From the NCBI GenBank assembly GCA_002269645.1, contig NIVC01001048.1, positions 62,001-126,000 on the forward strand: a stretch of DNA of 64,000 nucleotides. Reading direction: 5' to 3'. The translations under genes were made by a program, and so were the position numbers. The DNA is from Macrostomum lignano. Lineage: Eukaryota. The number at the start of each line of letters is the position of its first letter. Within the stretch, counting starts at the first letter, position 1. Below the pieces are notes generated by a model. It was not told the origin of the DNA. It saw nothing but the letters and a program-made list of their open reading frames with translations, and ran no database searches. Shown piece after piece: positions 36,239-48,688 of the stretch.

Positions 36239-39200
36239 ATGGTGCTACGGAAAGCGCGTCGTTTCATCTGTCATCCAGTTGGTCTTGTCCTGCTAGTGTC
36301 TCTGTCTTGCTGCCTATACATCTACATCTTGCTAATGGTGACTGCGACAACCAGTTCGCACAAGTTCAACATCGAAGGCTCAGCAGCTTGGATTGAGAAT
36401 TCGCAGAATGGCAGTCAGAGCGCTTCCAGTAGCGGTGGCAGCACTACTAGCGCCAGTAGTATAGCAATTGGCTACGGTGTGGAATCTTTGCCTGCTATTA
36501 AACAGCGCCACACCAGACTCTTATGGGACAAGGTCAACGCCATCGCTAAGTCGAAAGATCGGCCTAGTTGGAATGAATTCGAAGCCAGAGTTCTGGCTGG
36601 CTCAGGCCCGGCTTTAGCCTGCTCACTGCCCCGTGACAATCAGTCTGCAGCTGCCAATCTCACTCAACACCGATGCGGCTCCCAGCTGCCCAGCGACAGT
36701 GATCGAGCCGGCTTGGCAATTTGTCAATCGAAAGTTCGGGGTCCGTTGAAAGTTGCCTTCAATTTAAGCCTGACGTGGCAACAGGCTGCTGATATGGTGC
36801 GCTTCTAGTTTATTGATGTTCACAGTTGACAAATCTAGGATTCCCAGTTGCTGGGCCAGCCTCCCAGAGTGTCAGTTGCTGGGCCAGCCTCCCAGAGTGT
36901 CAGTTGCTGGGCCAGCCTCCCAGACAGATCCTCAGTTGCTGGGCCAGCCTCCCAGACAGATCCTCAGTTGCTGGGCCAGCCTCCCAGACAGATCCTCAGT
37001 TGCTGGGCCAGCCTCCCAGACAGATCCTCAGTTGCTGTGCCAGTCTCCCAGATCCTCAGTTGCTGGGCCAGCCTTCCAGATCCCCAGTTTCTAAGCCAGC
37101 CTTCCAGATCCCCAGTTGCTGGGCCAGTCTCCCAGATCCAGAGTTGCTGGGCCAGCCTTCGAGATCCTCAGTTGCTGGGCCAGCATCCCAGATCCTCAGT
37201 TGTCGGGCCAGTCTCCCAGATCCCCAGTTGTCGGGCCAGCCTCCCAGATCCTCAGTTGCTGGGCCAGCATCCCAGATCCTCAGTTGTCGGGCCAGTCTCC
37301 CAGATCCCCAGTTGTCGGGCCAGCCTTCCAGATCCTCAGTTGTCGGGCCAGCCTCCAAGATCCCCAGTTGCTGGGCCAGTCTCCCAGATACTCAGTTGCT
37401 GGGCCAGCCTCCCATATCCTCAGTTGCTGGGCCAGCCTTCCAGATCCTCAGTTGCTGGGCCAGCCTTCCAGATCCTCAGTTGCTGGGCCAGCATCCCAGA
37501 TCCTCAGTTGTCGGGCCTTGTTCCTAATCCCAATTGCGCCCCAATGCTCTGTCAGGTATCAGCAGACATCGCCAGCACCAACAGCACCCGGATACTCCCT
37601 GGCGGAGCCTGGTGCCCCTCGGCCAAGTGCCGCCACCAGCAGTCCCTGGCCATTGTCATACCGTTTCGAGATCGCTGGCGCCAGCTAAGAAACCTGCTGT
37701 CGGTGCTGCACCCCATGCTGCAGCGCCAGCAGTCCGGCTGCTATCGAGTCTTTGTAGTTGAGCAATATGGCGGCGGGGCCTTCAACAAAGGCCGTCTGAA
37801 TAACGCCGGCTTTTTGGAGGCTATGCGCAGGCATAACTTCACCTGCGTGATCTTTCAGGTGAGCTAAAATTAGCTATATTATTATCATTATTGAATTAAT
37901 ATTGGAGACTGGTTTTTTGTTAGCCTTTCAATTATGCAATGTTTGTCTGAAGTTTCTCACCCTAACCTAAGTAAGTCAAAATGTCTGGGTGATGACGGAA
38001 TGCTTGAGAGACTTGCTGAGAATATCTGGTGGTTGATTCTTGCCCACTGTCGAGGCTTGATTGGCGAAACTAGAGAAATCCGCATCAGGCTGTCTATAGT
38101 CACCTGGTGTCATCTGCTGAAGGTCCAGAAGCTCTGCCTGGGTGAAGGCTAGTGACCAACGAAAGCAGAGCTGATTCAGACACGTGTGGTCGATGTGCTG
38201 ATAAAATTTGGAGACTTCGCAAGGCTGCACTGAGGCGCAGTGCTGATTGGCGCACAGGGGTGTACTGAATACACTGGCACTTATGGGAAAAATGCGACCT
38301 TCTGGCAAAATCGTTGAATATCTCAACGGTCTGGAGGGCTGGCGACTTGATTCTTGTTTGAGAAGGTGCGCAACAAATTGTGGGGGGGGGGAATTCCCCC
38401 CTTGGTAGTTCGACGGGCGGAAAAATAGCTTGGTATTCCTACTGTTTAACTAATTAAAAGTTTATGACTAAGTTATAAACTCGCCTATTATCTTATCTGA
38501 TTGTCAATTTTACTGTCCCTCGCCATGCGTAATCAATGTATATCATACTCTCTGTCCAAGTGGCCAATTAGCTCACCCACCCCATCTCTCGTCCAATCAA
38601 ATTAAATTTAAAAGTGTGAAATAATGGCCGCGTGCTGGGTAAAGATTCTATACAAAGTACCATTGTCACACAGCCGGCGAGAGGCATTACTGCCCATTCC
38701 ATCGACTCCCCTGAGCAGGCACACAAGCGCGCGGATACGTACGCAGTCATACGCACAGGCGCACACTCACACAGGAGTGTACAGCGGCCCCCTAACTTTA
38801 TTTATCGTTAGGCATGTACACTTCACTGTGCCTTGGGGGTTGTTTGATTCCAATTTGATTCCCCCATGTTCACATCTAACTGTCCAATAAATGCATTCCA
38901 GGACACTGACATTGTGCCAGAGAACGACCGCAACCCGTACCTGTGCGGCTCTGTCAGACCCAGACACTTGGCCGTGGCTGTTGACACCAATCGCTACAGA
39001 CTTCCGTACGCCGCTTTGGTCGGTGGCGTCATCGCGTTCACTACTAGGCACTTCTTCCGGGTGAACGGCTACTCCAATCTGTACTGGGGCTGGGGCCTGG
39101 AGGATGACGACATGGAGCTGCGAATGAAAATTGGCACCAAATTGAAATACGAACGACCGCCAGCGTCGGTTGCCAGGTTCAAAGCTTTGCCGCATGCGTC

Positions 39201-39393
39201 GCAGAGGATCTATCGGTTGCAGGCGTCCAGGCGGATGCCGCTGCTGAAGACGGCCCTGCAGCGCTACTCTAAAGACGGATTAAATACCGTTAAATATAGG
39301 GTATTGTTCTCCTCTAATGAGCCATTGTTCACTCACCTGTTAATTGATATTGGTGAGCAACCTCTGGACTTTGAGTTGACAGGTACTGAGTAG
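36239..39393 (+). CDS. Beta-1,4-galactosyltransferase/GalNAc-transferase family (GT7) type II membrane protein, ~450 aa, 3 exons
   Basis: Exons 36239-36796, 37556-37858, 38902-39393 (all phase 0, GT-AG); N-terminal TM; LAIVIPFRDR, FNKGRLNNAGF, DTD (DxD), GGV, NGYSNLYWGWGLEDDD. Confidence 0.9.
36842..37520. repeat. 28/32-bp minisatellite (CAGTTGCTGGGCCAGCCTCCCAGATCCT)n in GT7 intron 1
   Basis: Period read directly; produces overlapping spurious ORFs. Confidence 0.95.
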
Positions 39394-40159
39394 TAGCTAA
39401 TAAATTGTTGCAAGCTGCAGTGACCGCCTATTTTAATCTGTTCTCAATTTTTTTTTCTTTAAATACTTAAGCTGACTGGTGTTCGCAGCTTACTGCAAAT
39501 ACTATTTTTATTAGGTCATAAAAAGGTTAAAATCTTATTTGTCTACGAGCTTATTTATGACAGTTTAAGATTTCCCTACTCGCCACAACAATTCGCCCAT
39601 AAACATCTGCGTAATTAACTTTTCCAGCTTCAAATTGCTCAGTAGAATGTACGAATTGCACTACTATCATCAGTTAATATAGTTTTTTGCAGTATTATCG
39701 ATTATTAGTATTTTTATTTTGTGTTTCCAGTTCAGTAAATAGTTGCTTTTGTCTTGCCTTGACTGCTTTTTTGCGTGGGTTTCTGTTGAAATTTTCGTTT
39801 TTGGTTATAGCGATTGGGCAGACAATCAGCTTTGAATTTCTGTTTCAATAATTGTAAGAGTTTTTTTTCTTTCTGCGTTGATGTGCATCATTATTATCAC
39901 TTGTAGTGGAGATTCATGCGGAATAGTTGTTTGAATTCTCAACCCATTAAAATGTGTTTAACATTCCCAGCTCTTGTGGAAGCAATTGCGAGATAAAAAG
40001 AAAACTTTGAATTGCGTCAATTTTCAACCTCTCCGTCTCCTACTTATTAGAAAATAAATAACAGAGCTTGTATTTATGCTTTACGGGTCTCAGCAATGGT
40101 AATATAGTTTTTATTCAATCCTTTTATTGTCCTTTGTCTCTGACATACTGCCCTTTAAA

Positions 40160-40575
40160 GGTCCTTTAATGGTCTCTATTGACTGCCTTCCACTGTCCTT
40201 TAATGGTCTCTATTGACTGCCTTCCACTGTCCTTTAATGGTCTCTTATTGACTGCCTTCCATGGTCCTTTAATGGTCTCTTATTGACTGCCCTCCATGGT
40301 CCTTTAATGGTCTCTTATTGACTGCCTTCCACTGTCCTTTAATGGTCTCTTATTGACTGCTTTCCATGGTCCTTTAATGGTCTCTTATTGACTGCTTTCC
40401 ATGGTCCTTTAATGGTCTCTTATTGACTGCTTTCCATGGTCCTTTAATGGTCTCTTATTGACTGCCTTCCATGGTCCTTTAATGGTCTCTTATTGACTGC
40501 CTTCCGTGGTCCTTTAATGGTCTCTTATTGACTGCCTTCCATGGTCCTTTAATGGTCTCTTATTGACTGCCTTCT
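40160..40575. repeat. 35-bp minisatellite, ~12 copies
   Basis: Unit GGTCCTTTAATGGTCTCTTATTGACTGCCTTCCAT. Confidence 0.95.
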
Positions 40576-41508
40576 GTAGTACCTAAACTCTTTCAGTGAC
40601 AACCCGTTAGCATAGAACTGTTTAGTTGTTAGTGGCTTTATAATATATAAACAGGCAAAAGATTGTCCACCATAACAGTACAGTGTGATTCTGTACTTTT
40701 AACCATTGCTGCGACCTTGACCTAAACACGCAGCGTCAATATAATTTCCAATATTGTCAGCATAGACTAATTTGCTTAGCGTTTACACAAATGTGTTGCT
40801 TCTGTAATTGAAAGATTTTCATCAGCCATTTTGGAACCTAATTTGATTGGTTTTCCCCCGTGATAATTTCTTCTTAATTGGTTAATTAACTTATTGAACC
40901 GGACTACTTGCTTTGTTGCATTTTATTGTTTGCTTTTTATTCAATTCAAATTAACATTTCCTCACAGCGAATTTTAAGCTCTTGATTAATAAAAATTGGA
41001 GTAATTTTCAGTAATATTTTCGGCTTCCTGAATTGCAACTCAGTTGCTTGTACACCAGCTATTATTGTATCGAATGTATAATCCATTAATCGATTGCTTT
41101 TCCAGCTAACTGTTATTGATAACTGTGTGTACACTATGCCTATTAAATTTCGTTTCGCTTTTAGCCTCGTATAAGAAAATGGTTCACACATGCTATGCGG
41201 ATTGCAGATTTGGAATGGCTACGTGTTTTCTTGTTGTTTCTTTTGCTTGTCTTTCTCTATTACAGTATGGGATAGGAGCCCTTTAAGATTTAATTCGCCT
41301 CTTAAATTCTTATCTGGCTACTTGTCAGTAGGTTAGTAGATTTTTTGCGTGGACGAACGCGTGCACCGTGTAGATTTCGTTGAAATCCGTTTTTTAGCAT
41401 TGGAATATTTGATTGCGTACAAGATTAACTTGTAATACGCATTCTGACCAAAGCCATTTTATTACATTCTAGTCCTATTAATAGATATTGATTATACCTG
41501 CCAGATGT

Positions 41509-41722
41509 GCAACCGACAGCTCAGCCGCAGCTATTGCGCGGCGCATCTGAAGGCTGCGTACGGCTGTTCAGTCCAAGGACTGGCGGGGGGTCGCCACACA
41601 CCCTCAATTACCCCAGCTAATGCTGGCACCCATTTTACAGCTGGGTGAACTGAAAATCAATGCAGAGTTAAGTGTCTTGCTCAAGGACACAAATTTTCCC
41701 AGTGGGATCGGGAATCGAACCC
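41509..41722 (-). mobile_element. tRNA-derived SINE, copy 1
   Basis: Reverse complement of 42395-42600; B-box GGTTCGATTCCCG, GTGTCCTTGAGCAAGACACTTAACTC and CTGTAAAATGGG core motifs. Confidence 0.75.
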
Positions 41723-42394
41723 ACTATACTGAAACTAGCATTAATGTCATTGCCTAACTTTTGTGCCATGTGACAGCGTCAGTTTAGTGGGGATTTTGCT
41801 GTTTCTAAGTATACAGGTAGTAGGATTCTACTAAGTCAAAGCAGTCAAAGAACACCATAGCAGCACGTCTAGACCAAATAGAATCTAATAAATACGTACC
41901 GTCTTATGTATACACAAATGTTACATCGTTCCGCACACAGTGACACACTTGGGATAGGGGAGAACAATGGGATAATTAGGAACTCTACTTTAAGAGTTCA
42001 AGTTGACAGGCCCTTGGTTGCGACTGTCGCCAAAATTTTCGCAGTGCGCTACACACTTGTAGCCTGTCACCGTCTCTAAAGTTTGTTTAGCGAGACTCTC
42101 CAGTTCATCCAAATATTACATATCTACCAGTAAGCCAGTGGCGAGTTTATCAGATTTAAACCTTTCTTTCATTTCTTAACCCCGAAAGGTGCATAATTGA
42201 TTGCGTCTATGGTTGAAACTTAATAGAGAATGTGATTCACGAACCTCTGCAAACAGAAATGCTACATTCTACTACTGTAATTTAAAATTACATATTTTCT
42301 TTTACAACAAAATCGCCCCATTTTAACCAAAAATGGAAAAAATGCATGGAGTTAAAGTGTCTTACTCAATTGCATGGATACAAATTGAAGGTCG

Positions 42395-42658
42395 GGGTTC
42401 GATTCCCGATCCGTTGGAACAGTTTGTGTCCTTGACAATGACGCTTAACTCTGCATTTAGTTTAACTAGCTGTAAAATGGGTGCCAGCATTAGCTGGGCC
42501 GGTAATTAGGGTGTGTGGTGACCCCCCAGTCCTTGAACTGAACAGCCGTACGCAGCCTTCAGATGCGCCGCGCAATAGCTGCGGCTGAGCTGTCGGTTGC
42601 GCCACTGCGCATTAGGGCTGGTGTAATCAATTATTACTATTATTGTTATTTATTATTA
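42395..42658 (+). mobile_element. tRNA-derived SINE, copy 2, with (TTA)-rich tail
   Basis: B-box GGTTCGATTCCCG, same body as copy 1, ATTATTACTATTATTG tail. Confidence 0.78.
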
Positions 42659-42729
42659 CCATGTTAAACTAATGATTCTACTTGTGAATAAGAAAGTGGA
42701 TTTTTTAAAATTTCAATGGCGAAGTCGGC

Positions 42730-43560
42730 AGGTTACATTTTGACAACAGAGTCGGGTTACATTTTGACAACAGAGTCGGGTTACATTTTGACACCAGATT
42801 CGGGTTACATTTTGACAACAGATTCGGGTTACATTTTGACCCCAGAGTCGGGTTACATTTTGACAACAGAGTCGGGTTACATTTTGACACCAGATTCGGG
42901 TTACATTTTGACAACAGATTCGGGTTACATTTTGACAACAGAGTCGGGTTACATTTTGACACCAGATTCGGGTTACATTTTGACAACAGATTCGGGTTAC
43001 ATTTTGACCCCAGAGTCGGGTTACATTTTGACAACAGAGTCGGGTTACATTTTGACAACAGATTCGGGTTACATTTTGACAACAGAGTCGGGTTACATTT
43101 TGACACCAGATTCGGGTTACATTTTGACAACAGATTCGGGTTACATTTTGACCCAGAGTCGGGTTACATTTTGACAACAGAGTCGGGTTACATTTTGACA
43201 CCAGATTCGGGTTACATTTTGACAACAGATTCGGGTTACATTTTGACAACAGAGTCGGGTTACATTTTGACACCAGATTCGGGTTACATTTTGACAACAG
43301 ATTCGGGTTACATTTTGACCCCAGAGTCGGGTTACATTTTGACAACAGAGTCGGGTTACATTTTGACACCAGATTCGGGTTACATTTTGACAACAGATTC
43401 GGGTTACATTTTGACAACAGAGTCGGGTTACATTTTGACACCAGATTCGGGTTACATTTTGACAACAGATTCGGGTTACATTTTGACCCCAGAGTCGGGT
43501 TACATTTTGACAACAGATTCGGGTTACATTTTGACCCCAGAGTCGGGTTACATTTTGACG
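42730..43560. repeat. 24-bp minisatellite (GGGTTACATTTTGACAACAGAGTC)n, ~34 copies
   Basis: Period read directly; variants recur in a higher-order pattern. Confidence 0.97.
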
Positions 43561-43817
43561 GCAAAGTGACGAAATTCGGGTTACCAATTAATGACGATAA
43601 TTTCATCGGCAGATTCAAGGTACATTTTGACAATTGTGAGGTGTTTGAAAATAATCGGCAGGAGTGAAAGTTTTTCCGAAGCAAAACTTCTTTTTACTAA
43701 TTTTAAAGAGAGTATTGCTTACTACGATCGAATTGGAGACCTGCTACAGCTCTGAAAAAGAGGTAAAAATTAGCAGCGTTCTTTGCGTCAAAATCATTTA
43801 CTTAATCTTCCGGGGCA

Positions 43818-44828
43818 TTATCGATCAGCAGGCACTCGAACGTCCTCACTCGTCATGGAGTGTCTGAAATCCAACGGATACATGCTGGGATCAGGTGGAA
43901 CAGAACCCGAAAACGAGTTTCCCAAGTTAGCCAAGCCGTATCCAGGCAAATCCAGAGCTGCCGGAGGACTGTAGTAAATTCCCTTCGGATTGAAGCAAAA
44001 ACAGCTCTTGAACCACCATCCGCTTCAATAGTTGTTGGCGCAAGAGACGCCCGAATTGGCATCTTGATCAACGTCCTTAGTGGAAAACTTTTGGTTGTCG
44101 GTGGACTGCCCGCCATTCCTCGGACACTCAATGACGTTGGACCGATCGACATCCTGTTCACTCGTCGATTCCTTGACTGGCGTGTGGCGTCCTCGACAAT
44201 GAGCTCGGCCTTCTTCCACCACCACCATCTGCCGTCCCACGAGCTCGTCTCCCACCTCACTCTTCTTTCGCCAGCTCGAGTGAGCAGGTGGATCGCCTGC
44301 AGACCCATCCAGAAGTTTCTGTCTTCGCCCTGTCCGAACCCAGACACGTAGTCTGTCCAGTCACGGTTGAAGTCGACAGTCGCGTCTACTCTGTGCTGGA
44401 AGGTGCGCCAGCACCAGCTCGCTCCGAGGCTTTCCAGCCGCTTCACCTTGAAAGCATAAGTGGGTATGATATGTTCTCGTTTTCATATTTATGCAACTGT
44501 ATTTCAGCACATATCGAACAAAGTTTCTTACCATGAGCAGAGGCGGGTCGGTGTTTACAGCGTTCCGGCACTTCCTGCAGCCGCTCCGACCCAGACGGCA
44601 GCTCAGCAGCCGGCAGACGGCTTCATCGCTTGAGAATGAGACGGCTTGGTGCCGCTCGCTGGCCAGAGACGCGCACTGGATGCGGCTTGCGGCGCGGACC
44701 GCGCGGTCAACCAGGTACTCGGCGAGGTCGTCTCTCTGAGCTCGCCACTCGGAGCTCTTGAAGCTCCCGGAGCCTTCAACGAAGCTGATAGCAGCCAGTA
44801 GTGGGATGGTGAGAGGTGCAAGATGCAT
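43818..44828 (-). pseudogene. PAN/Apple + fibrinogen-related domain (FReD) gene, disrupted as assembled
   Basis: Exons 44828-44532 and 44446-43818; signal peptide MHLAPLTIPLLAAISFVEG; FQHRVDATVDFNRDWTDYVSGFG, FWMGLQAIHLLT, FSTKDVDQD, GWWFKSC; one frameshift near 44140-44190 and an in-frame TGA at 44025-44027. Confidence 0.8.
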
Positions 44829-46595
44829 GATTTCATAGGCTCTTCTTGAGTTAATGTTTTTTTCTAGGAGCTGTAATGGCTTTTTAAGGGAACACTTGTA
44901 CACTTTTTTTCCATTTCCCAAAAAGAGAAGAGGCGATTGGTTGAGGAGGAACTGAAGCTAGAGTTAATTTGATGGCGATTCAATGATGACATGACAGAGA
45001 CAGGTTAAAGAGAGTACGTATATGTACATGTATCTTCTTCAGGTCTTGTTCAAGCGCCACCCAGTGTTCGGTTTAGAACCTCCGGGGCTCCGGCCAGTTT
45101 TGGGTCGCCGATCCGGAGACTGCAAACGGGCTGGGATCCTCCACCGGAGACCTTGAAGAGTGTAAGATCTTCTTCGGAGACTACAAACGGTTATGGGTCT
45201 CCGCGATAGGAGATCCGTAACCGTTGTGGGATCTTCGGGGCATGCATGGTCAGGCAGGCCTCCCTATCCGGAGATCCTAAACCAGATTCTGCACCGTTTG
45301 CCAATCTCCGTCACGGGTGCAAAAACTAAGGTTTGATTTAGGATCACCGGTTACCCGCGATCTTCCCCATAATTATTATGTCGAAAATTATAATCTTTAG
45401 CTTTTTATTGTATATAGAAACCTTCTCCTAACCACTTTACAACATCAGGGAAAAGAGCATCTCCACAGTTGCGGAAAAAAGTACTGAAAACACATTTACT
45501 CTCCAAAGCTTGTTATTTTGCCCTGACATGGCCCTGCATGACGGTCTCTGGCATTCATGCAGTTCGACAGGGACTTGTGCGTGGTCATTGTTCAGTACAT
45601 GGAGAATATTTGATTTCAAAGTAGCCACTTGACTATTAGAAAGTAAGCATATCCCCAACTGACAATGGCTCACCATATGCTTTCACTGCTTCACTGCAAT
45701 TTTTTCAATTGTCGCGCTCAATGGCTCATTCCTTCCGCCGTCAAATTACCCAATCAAATCATTCGACTTACAAGTACATATGCATGTATAAAAGACGAAA
45801 AACAAGTCTTACCAAGCCTAAATTTCCCCCACTTGATCGATGGCTGTGTGAACGGGCCGTATGAACTAAATAGATGAATTCTTATCGAAAGAGTTGCGCG
45901 AGCTCGGCTGCATGCTCACATGCAGGGCTTTTAAAATCAGTGAAATTTAATATAGCTTTTATTTTATAAGAAAACAATACTCCAAAAAGTCTAGCATGGC
46001 GGCGATCTCTAACCTTATCTTATGCCATGGTTCCTGATGTCCGTGCGGGCGATTGTAAAATCGCGTAATTTTTCGTGTTGGATCTCCGGTCTTACTACTT
46101 ATATTTAACTACTTACTTCGAGTAGCTACATGTGGTTATAGTTTTGTAAAAAAATCCGGCGCTTTATAAGCTTCACGAAAGCTCAACAACTGACAATGTA
46201 CAGTGTTGAGTTAGTAGTGTGTAAATAGGTAGAAAGAGTTTATGGAGTTTTAGCTTTGCAGCAGCACACTCGCACAATCTTTTAGCTGTACAAGCATTGC
46301 TAGATACAATATAACTGTGCAATACTGCAGGAGAGAGAGACAGACAGACAGGCCACAGCTCTGTATATTTGCTGTCTCCTAGGAGACGGGTGCTCCCCTC
46401 ATCTCTCTCTCTCACCCCTCTCTCACCTAGCCTACTAGCTGTCTGTTATCACACTAATACATGTAGCAAGCTGCCCTTACTTAAATATGCAGAAGGCGCT
46501 TAGTCGCGTACAGCAAGCATATCGATCTCACTCTTTACTCGCATGTAGCAACATAAATTCGAATCGATCGTCTCCGTACGTTTTTTACAAACAAA

Positions 46596-46871
46596 ATGTC
46601 TGCAACAATTGGCGATCAACAGGACAGCTCATCGAATTTCTTCTACGACGAAGCCGCAATTGACAGAGACTTGGCCGCTTTGGCCAGCTTCGGTCTGGAC
46701 AGGGATCGCAGGATCAAGGAGCTGCTGGCTGCCAATACAAACCGGCATCAGAATAATGATGATAAAATGAACACTACTACTGACGCCAAGCCCGACAGCA
46801 GTAGTATGGCTGAAGCAAACAGCCCAGTGAATCAACAGCAGAGTGATGAAGCACCGTCCGGTTCGGCTTGA
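46596..46871 (+). CDS. Hypothetical 91-aa protein
   Basis: GC-richer ORF in AT-rich surroundings; CAAACAAAATG start context; AATAAA ~320 bp downstream; no recognisable domain. Confidence 0.35.
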   Translation: MSATIGDQQDSSSNFFYDEAAIDRDLAALASFGLDRDRRIKELLAANTNRHQNNDDKMNTTTDAKPDSSSMAEANSPVNQQQSDEAPSGSA

Positions 46872-48004
46872 ACGACAAACAAGTGAACTTAATCGATAAC
46901 AGGTCAACCGATTTTCATGAAACAAATTTGCACCGTTTGAATTTAGCAAGGACTACTGGTAACCTCGGTTTCAATTGTTGTTGAGAATAACAATTGTTGT
47001 TGCTTTCGACAGGAGGGAGGCAGACCCAATGTTTATCTTTTGATATGTTGATATGTTCAGAAAATTAGGATTTTATGTTAATTTTTCATTCTACGGGCCT
47101 TCCACGTACATAAAATCATAAAAATGCATGGCACAGCTCGACTCTTGGGTTTTATATGACTCTATTTTTATTATCATTTTTTTAAACGAATGTGAATAAA
47201 TGGTCGTCTATCTCCAAAGCCACATACACAATCTACCATTGGCAAACATATATTGGATTAGATTCAATGCATGTTAGCCCAAATATGGACTGCAAAAAGC
47301 TATATTATAACTGTCACTTGTTTTAAGTCCTAAACTATATCATTGCGTCCTCACTACCGCCTACACTTATGATATGCAAAGCATTTTCACATCATTTTAC
47401 GCGCATGTACAAGTAGTATATTTGCATATCTATCAAAATTGTATTTTTGCATTGGCTTAAGAATTCACCAATATATAAAGTTTGCTTATTGTCACTGAAA
47501 ATGTAATTGTTTCATTTTTTAAAAAACTATTTATTTAAAAAATTATCAGATGTAAAATAAGTTTTAAAAACTTTATTTCTTCTGTTTATTCAAGTCAAAA
47601 CGTTATGCAGAAAATTTCAATACAAACAGTAAGACAGTTGAAAATATTTCATAAAAATCTGAAGTACTTTATTACAGTTTAGTTATGCATGTTTTTGCAT
47701 TATTTTAATTTCCAAATATAGAGAAAGTGTCAGTTGGTATAATCATAATTTATATTGTAATAAAACTTGTCAAAAAAATTTAATATCAATCAAACTGGAA
47801 GGAAAATGACGTATGTAGATAAAAATTCAATCGTGAAAAATATAAAAATTTTTTTTTGACATCTAGCAAGAGACTTTTACGTAGAAGTTTTTAATTTTTC
47901 AAAAATTTGATTGGAAGATGCTTGAAAAAGATATGGCGCCTGTATCTTATAAGATCTACATTCTGATCATAAATGAGATCTCTGATCTGACTTCCCGGAC
48001 GTCT

Positions 48005-48470
48005 GATCTCATATGAGATCTATTAATCTCATGAGATCTCTTCTCCCAATCTCATGAGATATCTTCTCCATATCTCATGATATCTCTTCTCCAAATCTCA
48101 TGAGATATCTTTTCCTAACCTCATGAGATCTCTTTTCCCAATCTCATCAGATATCTTCTCCCAATCTCATGAGATTCTCTTCTCTCAATCTCATGAGATA
48201 TCTTTTCCCAATCTCATGAGATCTCTTCTCCCAACCTCATGAGATATCTTTTCCCAATAGCATGAGATTGATCCCCAATCTCATGAGATATATTTTCCCA
48301 ATAGCATGAGATTGATTCCTAATCTCATGAGATCTCTTCTCCCAACCTCATGAGATATCTTTTCCCAATAGCATGAGATTGATTCCCAATAGCATGAGAT
48401 TGATTCCTAATCTCATGAGATCTCTTCTCCCAACCTCATGAGATTTCTTTTCCCAATAGCATGAGATAGA
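48005..48470. repeat. ~23-bp degenerate minisatellite with palindromic core ATCTCATGAGAT
   Basis: Repeated CTCATGAGAT[C/A]TCTT[C/T]TCCCAAT. Confidence 0.9.
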
Positions 48471-48497
48471 TCTTTCACCCCTATACATGATATTGGG

Positions 48498-48499
<2 letters not shown>

Positions 48500-48586
<87 letters not shown>

Positions 48587-48597
48587 GTCTCTCTCTC
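48500..48597. repeat. (CT)n microsatellite
   Basis: ~37 perfect CT units plus a degenerate tail. Confidence 0.97.
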
Positions 48598-48688
48598 ATC
48601 ACAACCCCATGGGATGATTCTCGCAATCTCAGCTAATCCAGTTAAAAGCCTCATCAATCCCCAAGTATTCTCCAGTGCAGTCCAACCC

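Noticed and set aside
37934-38890. Short ORFs in GT7 intron 2
   Set aside because: No recognisable motifs; exon 2 splices in frame directly to 38902.
41700-41725. tRNA gene from the GGTTCGA B-box (also 42395)
   Set aside because: No cloverleaf or A-box; followed by a SINE body.
45061-45360. Cluster of CCGGAGA/GGAGATC motifs suggesting a subterminal region
   Set aside because: No TIR pair or TSD could be defined.
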